Positions 9,801 through 16,700 of a stretch of DNA of 25,115 nt are shown piece by piece. Each line of letters begins with the position of its first letter. Position 1 is the stretch's first letter. This DNA comes from a virus. Taxonomy: Duplodnaviria > Caudoviricetes. The position numbers were made by a program, and so were the translations under genes. The stretch is taken from positions 1 to 25,115 of the IMG/VR virus record IMGVR_UViG_3300045526_000194; one strand, 5' to 3'. The notes under the pieces were generated by a model, which saw only the letters and a program-made list of their open reading frames with translations, did no database searches and was not told the DNA's origin.

Positions 9801-10176
9801 AAAGATTTATATTCTCGTTTTTTGGACCAACCCAATATTTATAATAAGTGTCTGGTCCAGGATAATACAGTCTAGGTTTAATGTTTGAAATTTCTAATTC
9901 TTTTACAGTTTGATATGAATTGGCTGGAGTATCAGTATTATTTGTGGTATGAATTAAATATTTAATTCCTGGCGACAATGGTCTGAATGGCTTGTAGACA
10001 GTATCTATCGGAAATAATTTTTTATAAGCTTTATCAAAAACCGTGTGCTCTGTTCCCGTTGCCTTAATATATTCAACCATTGAATTTAAGTTATATTCAA
10101 TGGTGGCTCCTGCAGAAGTAGATATACTATTTTTTGTTTTTAATAAGTTAACTACAGATTGAGATGCATTTATCAT
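6895..10176 (-). CDS. Tal / baseplate hub-like tail tip protein
   Basis: 1093 aa, second gene after the TMP (ATGA overlap). Has WECLQALCRDFQINAFFDENNILNF and C-terminal WIQSESDAKSLA...FGNPLLSPGDVVTI...YIITRV, patterns typical of hub/Tal folds. Confidence 0.7.
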   Translation of the reverse strand: MINASQSVVNLLKTKNSISTSAGATIEYNLNSMVEYIKATGTEHTVFDKAYKKLFPIDTVYKPFRPLSPGIKYLIHTTNNTDTPANSYQTVKELEISNIKPRLYYPGPDTYYKYWVGPKNENINLSLEYFKDEAKTVPKLIVCNKVIARFEVGHDTPTSWTFKAVKSDNSEITLSSGTSLNNNGEAIIYYNGTAWSNLEPQSYTETQTFKKITLEAVNSNSGKFIAVLELSPRWVVDISSDIQSFAITKETGSDESVLLPIGTITSNSMSMSMAKYKKDEKVILEYNRNSDIDNQKIYLFKNAIVKPHINIIDQGTISKIEQGTFYMHSWAITEFGEAEILNLDSAKFLQETLCPEVLIQDGSIVLAIRRILDAVGFSTYKINLKKDGDDIVDNSIPTLSYWWTNSEETVWECLQALCRDFQINAFFDENNILNFYTRDKFYDSSKNAVWKFTSEPVIENSITILPNIISYTSKELSSANEVRIRYSVPTIYSGQNTASPLWSSDTALLGAGALSKDLQLNDEYFNLETTTFDTTQTNKLLGSFSGYVLLNNEIIEYDGIEYQYVPINSSSNTPIPVIIRSETDVIKYKNLSKKNTLTEQYFTATGRYKIKTRGALSTENAKIIHTKSPSSYINSTPGSDPDKFDLNTMNIVTAQDKGYKKEDGSYKAPVNPMTKSVSKAFLSLSNLDKDKTSFSIATKQFNSIDTSKSYFSFGTRMFFDSQFESPEQAGGLAIFTDPQGKYGYYLILRSTAFSGLKKDLMLVKQWKVGSKTGIKILKDSQDNTFSTLAGIYSGMAYNVDVLIKKEINKNTITVFVNGFKMNAQDIFFESGDLDINPVSPSKYAGVNCGQGVVYFEYFYAKDISQPEYDNLSNKSALNYSGVYSDDTLSLLHGDLIYAAGETISSKKGSLIEFGSTAREIKKVKTVYSDRPAIPNYVRTGNNKYVTVLAQRLQPFSFETYVLNNTSTTIPLSDGIQSSFYVNGNTIVRSNPIDYDTKTETDSSNIEPVIFDTNWIQSESDAKSLANWIKTNILNKGRLVSMEIFGNPLLSPGDVVTINYPLQSISELTGKYIITRVFLDYNEGVTTTIECRAI

Positions 10177-10772
10177 ACCTGCTCCATGCTTAAGTTAACA
10201 TTCCAAAATGATTGAATTCCTCTTTTCACAACTGTAAAGTCACAAGATGTGAATGAGACAGTATACGTATAGTCATCCTGAAGTCCGTAGTCATTTGATT
10301 CAATGATGGACTCTGGATTCCAACCAGATGGATTAATTCTTATCCTAAATACTCCTTGACCTAATTCACTTTCATAAAAAGTTTTTAAATCTTCTGCAGC
10401 CCATCCTCCATCAACAGTTTCATTTCTAAAAGAAGGAAGCATAGACCATGATACTGAAAATATTTTTTTATCTGCTACAAAATATTTTCTTAATGATCCG
10501 TTTGCCATTCTAGAAGATTTTTCAATTCTATTAGTTCCAATATTAAACTCTGATCTATTATGTTCCGAAACTCTTCTAAATATTAGACTTGTAGCACTAG
10601 ATTCTGTTAATTTATTTCTAGATGCAGCAGACTGAGTATAATTTTGCCCACCAGCAGAAGTATTTGTAGTAGCTCCTGGGTACATAAATCCTGTACTTCC
10701 AACTGGCATTGACAACAGATCTTTTGCCTCTATATACAATATAGACCCTTTAGATAATTTTGTAAATGACAT
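10173..10772 (-). CDS. Distal tail (Dit-like) protein
   Basis: 199 aa immediately after the TMP (TAATG overlap). RMANGSLRKY...FSVSWSMLP...WNVNLSMEQV is a lambda gpM/Dit-like pattern; call rests on synteny. Confidence 0.7.
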   Translation of the reverse strand: MSFTKLSKGSILYIEAKDLLSMPVGSTGFMYPGATTNTSAGGQNYTQSAASRNKLTESSATSLIFRRVSEHNRSEFNIGTNRIEKSSRMANGSLRKYFVADKKIFSVSWSMLPSFRNETVDGGWAAEDLKTFYESELGQGVFRIRINPSGWNPESIIESNDYGLQDDYTYTVSFTSCDFTVVKRGIQSFWNVNLSMEQV

Positions 10773-13700
10773 TATACTCTCCTGCCTACGCCAGATGAAA
10801 TTTCTCTAATTCTCATCCTATTGTGTATTGCTTGCGCTACATCTTCTGCACTTAAATCTGTTCCATTAAGTGTAACATTAATATTGTACAAGGCGTTGCT
10901 GGAAGGAGGAGGATTTCCGTATGCTAATTTACCATATTCTATTGGTCCACCAACATTATATTTAGGCATAGTCATTGCATTTGGATATACGGTTCCTGGC
11001 ATATCAAACTTAATTCCTTCTATCTTGCCGCCATCATTTAATGCATATGGAACTCCTGGGACAACTCTTCCGCCTTGAGCTCTATACACAGAAAGCTGAA
11101 CCCTTTGTCCTTCTGAATTTGAAAATATATTTTCTACTTTCATCTGTCCAGACTTTTTAATAGTTCCATCAGATAAACTTATTGCTGGCCTTATTGAGCC
11201 GTTAGGCCCAACAATAAGGAGGTCTCCTACTTTGAGTCTTCCGCCATTTACTATCCTTGAAGCTGATATTTCGGTTAATCCCGCTGTAATTTTTTCTCTT
11301 TGTCCAGTTTTTTGATTTTCAGTGGTTCCAGAAACTGGAACAGTTCCCCTTTTACCTGCATCTTTTACAACAACTCCAGTTGAATTGTTGCCAGATGGAG
11401 CAACTCCTGGATTTTTCCCTAACGCAACAAGCAAGTCTGATCTTAATTTTTCAATTGTGGTTCCGCCAGTAATTGCAGTAGCCTGAGCTTTTGCGGCAGC
11501 AATATCATTTGCAATTATTCCAGCACCAACGTTACTTGGAGAAGTTGTTGTTTGGAATCTGCTTCCTACATATCCAGATGTTGTAGTTGTCATAGGAACA
11601 GCTTTTCCTGATTTGTCAAAGTACTTAGAGAAAGCTGATCTAATTTGCTCAGCTTCGTAGCCTTTTCCAGTTCCAGCAGTTTGAATTTCTTTAATTAATG
11701 CTAATATTTGTTCTTGAGTTGCTGCCATTGCAGCATTTCTTTCAGATTGATCAGCTATTAACTCATTAGATATTTGTGTTTTTACTAACTCGTTGTACCT
11801 TCCGCTAAATCCAGATATTTTACCTGCGGCCTCTGAAGCATCAGCTGCTCTATCTTGAGATGCAGCCATCCTATTCTGTATATCTTCGCCCTTTTTATTT
11901 TTACGTTCGGCATCTGCTTCTAATGGTTTAATCTTAGCTGCAGCAGCATCTTCAATAGCTTTTCTGGCAAGGTCGGCCTGTCGATCTTTAGTTAATTGCT
12001 GCATGCTAATTTGAGCTTGAGCAGCACGAGCCATATCACCATTTGCAATAGCATCTTGATATTCTATTTGAAGTTTTTGTAATTCTAACTGATAATTTTC
12101 TTTGTCTTGAGTTGCGTTTAAAGCTTCAAGCTTCTTATTCTTTTCTTCTTCAATTAATTTAATTTTTTTCTGTATAAGTTTTAATTCTTCTTGAAGATTT
12201 TTTTGTGCGGCGGCAGCATTTCTTTGTGCATTTCTTGATACAGATTTAGCAATTGCATCTAGTTTTAATAATGAAGAACCTACAGTTCCAAATGTATTTG
12301 AGTCTCCTCCAGATTTTGCCATAGCAGAAATTCCACTGTCTATTGCAGATGTAAAACTTGCAATCTTTAATGCTAATCCTGAGTCTATTTGTCTTAAATT
12401 TATATTGACATTACTTGTAAACAATTGCCATTTTGCAAGAATTCCAGCCATTGTGTCTGCTTCATTTGATATCCCAGCTAACAATGGCTGAGTTTTTAAT
12501 AGAGCTTCATATGCATCTGTTCCAATTGCTTGATTCATTCCTGAATTATTTGCACTCATAGAACTTATTGTCATTTGAAATGCTCTATATTGGTCTATTA
12601 ATTCTCCCATAGAATCTTTTGTTCCAATTAACTTATTTTGAGCTTCTTGGAAAGTGTTTATTAATGACTCAAATCCATTTCCTATGTCGCTCTTGTTTCC
12701 TTCTTTAATTGCTCCAAGTAAATTGTTCACAGCAAATTGTGCTGCAGAAGCCTTATCTGTTATTGATCCAAATGTCTGATCTGAAAAAATTCTAAATGAG
12801 CTACTAGCTTTTTCTGAATTTGCTAATGCTCCATAAATCTTTTTATTAGCTTCCGCCGCACTCATTCCAGCTGCAACAAATTGAGCTTTTTGGTTTGAAA
12901 CTAACTGTATTGTTTCTTCTAAATTTTTAGTTCTATTAATAGACTCAATCATTTCTTTGAGTCCTTTGCCTTCTTCTTTAGCCTTTTTCATTTCTTTTAT
13001 AGACATAACGAGACCTGGCATACCAGCACCAGTAGATGCAGCGCCTTTAGCTCCAGCAGCAATAGCATCTTGTCTTTCTTTGACCAACTTCATTGTTTCT
13101 GCTAAATTAAAATATTTAATTCCAGCTTGCTCTGCACCCTTTACTGTCATAGACATTCTCATTGCAGAGTCTTGTCTATTATCATTAGCCTTTTTCCATA
13201 AATTGAGTGCTTCTGCTACTGCAGATATAGCTATTCCTAGTGGCCCAAAACCTTTAGCGAATCTTAGTATTCCAGCAATTACTTTTGATGCAGTTAATCC
13301 AGCCGTTGCAATTCCTCTTATTGCAGTAGATACACCAGTAGCTCCCTTTTTAACAGCATTAAGCATTCTTCCAAACGGTAGGAAACTGGCCACCATACCA
13401 GCAGTCATAACCGCTGTTCCTAATTGAGTTTGTCCCTGACCCATTAATCCCATTCCAGCAACTTGTGAGCCCATCATTAAGGCCATTTGATTAGCTCCGC
13501 CTGCTCTTACTGGAACTTGCATTCCTGCAGAACGCATTTGTTTAGCGCTCATTATCTTATCGCCAACCATATACTCTTTGCGCCTAAATCCTAAAGATCC
13601 TACTTTTCTAGATTGAACTCCTTCTTGTCCTGTCTGTTTCCAATCTCCCACTACTCCAGGTCCAAATAAACTAACTGGCATCATTGTTCCTGGATAAGCT

Positions 13701-16700
13701 CTTGCTGTTACCGCAGCTTGTTCTCTTAATATATCTGATTTGGATGGAACATAATTCATAATTTTATTTTTTATATCTCTTGATTTATTTATTGCATCTG
13801 TAACATAAGATTTCATTCCCCCTGCAAGTGCTACTCCTGAAGCTTTAAATGATGCCGCTGCATATTTAGCGGAAGCTAAACTTTGAACTGCTAAAGCATT
13901 CATTCCTTGTTTTAAAACAACTCCAGCATTTTTAATTGTAGCCTGCATATATTGTGCTTGCATGGCAATTTTATTAGTGAATGGATCTATCATTGAGCTT
14001 CTAAGATAAGCGCCAGGGTTATAAAAACTTGTAGTTCCTTGTCTAACTGCTTCTCTGCCGAGTCCTGTAGTTAATCCTTGTTGTCCATAAATTTGATGAG
14101 ATGCAGCACGTGATCTTTGTGCCTCTAATTCTATTGCTCTTTTTTGACGTTGCTGCTCTTCCCATTTCTCTCTTGCTGCAGGGTTTCCTGGCCTTCCATA
14201 ACTTCTTCTTCCAGAAACAATTCTTCCTCCGCCAATCATTCCTCCACCATTAAATGCTGGGGCTGCATGGACTTTTTGATATTTGTTCCAATTAACTTTC
14301 ATGCCATCTTCAAGTCTTCCAAGCATTGCAATATAAGGAGCTCTATCTGATTCTGGCAAAGATTCTATAAATGCTTTAAGCTTAGGATGCATTTTTTTCA
14401 TGGCTGATTTCATTTTGGCGCCATATTGTCTAGGAGACATTCCTGCGGCAATTTGAGATGTATTATATGCAAAATCTTTACGTGCGCCTCCTCTGACTGC
14501 AAGCAAGTTAATTAAAGCTTGCTTCTCCATGGAGTTCATTGATTCTGCATATGCAGTATTCATAGATGCTCTTGGAAATACTCCAGCGGGACCAACATCA
14601 GCTAACACGTTTCCAAATACATTAGATTTTGATAAATCTTTGTTACCCATTAGCAGAGATGCAATTGTTTGTCTTATCATTTGATCTTCAGTAAACTTAG
14701 TTCCTCCAGCAGAAAATTTAGGATCAAATTTAGATTCTAATCCTAATAATTTGCTTTTACCTGATGGATCGTATGGATTAGAAATTGTTCTTGGCACTTG
14801 AACTGGTGAATCTAGGCCAAACACTTCTCTTGACATTCTAGTTCCATACATTTCTGCCTTCGCACTTATTTCATTTGGAACACCCTTAAAAAATACTAAT
14901 TCTCCATTATCATTTTTGTATACGCCTGAGACGCCAGGTATTGGATAGCTTTTCCCAGAACTTGGAACAATTTGATGACTGTATGAAGCAACTGGCATAC
15001 CTGCAAAACTTCCTAATGCATTTTTAGAACTTAGTTGTTTTACGTTTGCTAATACCTTAAGCATTTTTTCTGGTGAAAGTAAGGTTAATCCATAATTTTT
15101 TCTATTTCTAGATATAGATCCTCCTGGAACTGGTCCACCCATATTTGCAACCATTTTTGCAATAAGCATATTTTGTCCAGTTAACGTTGGCAATAATCCA
15201 GAATATCTAGAACTCAACATCCTGCCTACTGAGTTTTTTGATTTAGGATTAAGTAATTCCATAAAAATTTGAGACCAGGACATTCTGCCTCTTCCGCCCT
15301 TTAACGCAGAAAGTCCTTTTACTAAAACATCTTTTTGAATTTTAGCATTTGGAGAAAGAATATCTTTTGTGCCTGGAAGTTTAGACAAAACTCTATTTAC
15401 TGATGAGGCAACTGCTGTACCTTGATATGCATATTGATTTGCCACAACTCCAGTAATTCTTCTAAACTCTGCAGCTTCTTCTGCAGTTAACGGCGCTCCT
15501 CCTAATCCTGATTTTAATAAATTTTCTAAATGACCTGGGGCCTTGAACAGTTTAGCCTGAAGTTCAGCTCTCATAAAATGTGATTTATCAATTGATGTAG
15601 TTGATCCAGATAATAAAAACGCTCTTTCCAACAAATCTACTTGTGCGCCATTTGGCCTTGTTACTGTCCCAAGACCAGAAGCTTCTAAATTTGATCTAAA
15701 TGCTGCTCTAAAATCTTCTCCTCCAAAATTTGCAGCTGCTGCAGTTTTAATTTTGGGATCGTATTTTACCGCTTTAGACTCTCCAATATTTCCAGAACCA
15801 ACATATGCTTTTATTAAATTTGGATACTTTCTTGCTAATTTAATTAATTGAACATTTCTTGCTCTTGTATACTCAGTAGTAAAATCAAGTCCAGGATTTT
15901 TCTTTACTCTTTCCATTGCATACTCTGTTGCTTCAGCGTGATGTTGTGACGCAATTATTCTAGCTTCTTCAGGATCCATTCCAGTTAATTTAGTAAGCAT
16001 GGTTGCGTTATAAGCAACATTATTTGCAGCATCTACATCTGTAAAATTTGGAGAATTTAAATGTTTTGCATAAGCTGACATCATATTTATGTCATTGCCA
16101 TAGCTAAATGTGCTTCTCATTATTTGTCCGCCAAAATTATATCCATTATTAGCAGCATGTACGGCTGCGTACAAAACTGGATCTTCTTGTATTTTTGGTC
16201 CGTATACAATTTCTCCTGGAGTTAATGCTGCTGTAATTTCTCCACCAGGATTATAAGCTTTTACTTTTCCGCCCTTATTATATGTTGATGCAACTACAGC
16301 AGGATCTGTTATAAATGAATTGTTTGAATCCATAGATGCAGATTGATTTAATACATAACCACCAACTGGGACTCTGCCCAATCTATCATCATAATTAATA
16401 GATGTATCTCCAGAAACTGTAGTTTTGCCTGGTCCAAATGTCTCTATATTACCAAAATGAGTACTTGATGAATTTATCGGTCCTCCCAATTCAAACTTAG
16501 GTAATTTTGTTGTTTGAATACTGTAAGGAGCTCCAAATGTTCTGACTCCACGAAGTCTTCCAAACTCTTCCATAACAGCTCTGTTTGCTTCTTTTTTGTA
16601 TAAATCTCTTAAAGTAAACTGTCCGTTTGCATCTACTACTGGCTGATTCATTAATGGAGCTTTTGTAAAATCAATTGTTCTTCCTCTAGATGCTGCATAT

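Noticed and set aside
11200-11300. LysM-like tail in the TMP (NGGRLKVGDLLIV)
   Set aside because: Only the last strand resembles LysM; the GDTL..IA start and two-helix spacing are missing.
14255-16096. Intein or intron explanation for the TMP insertions
   Set aside because: The frame is continuous, and the cassette ends lack intein splice motifs (N-terminal C/S, C-terminal HN followed by C/S/T) and any LAGLIDADG block.
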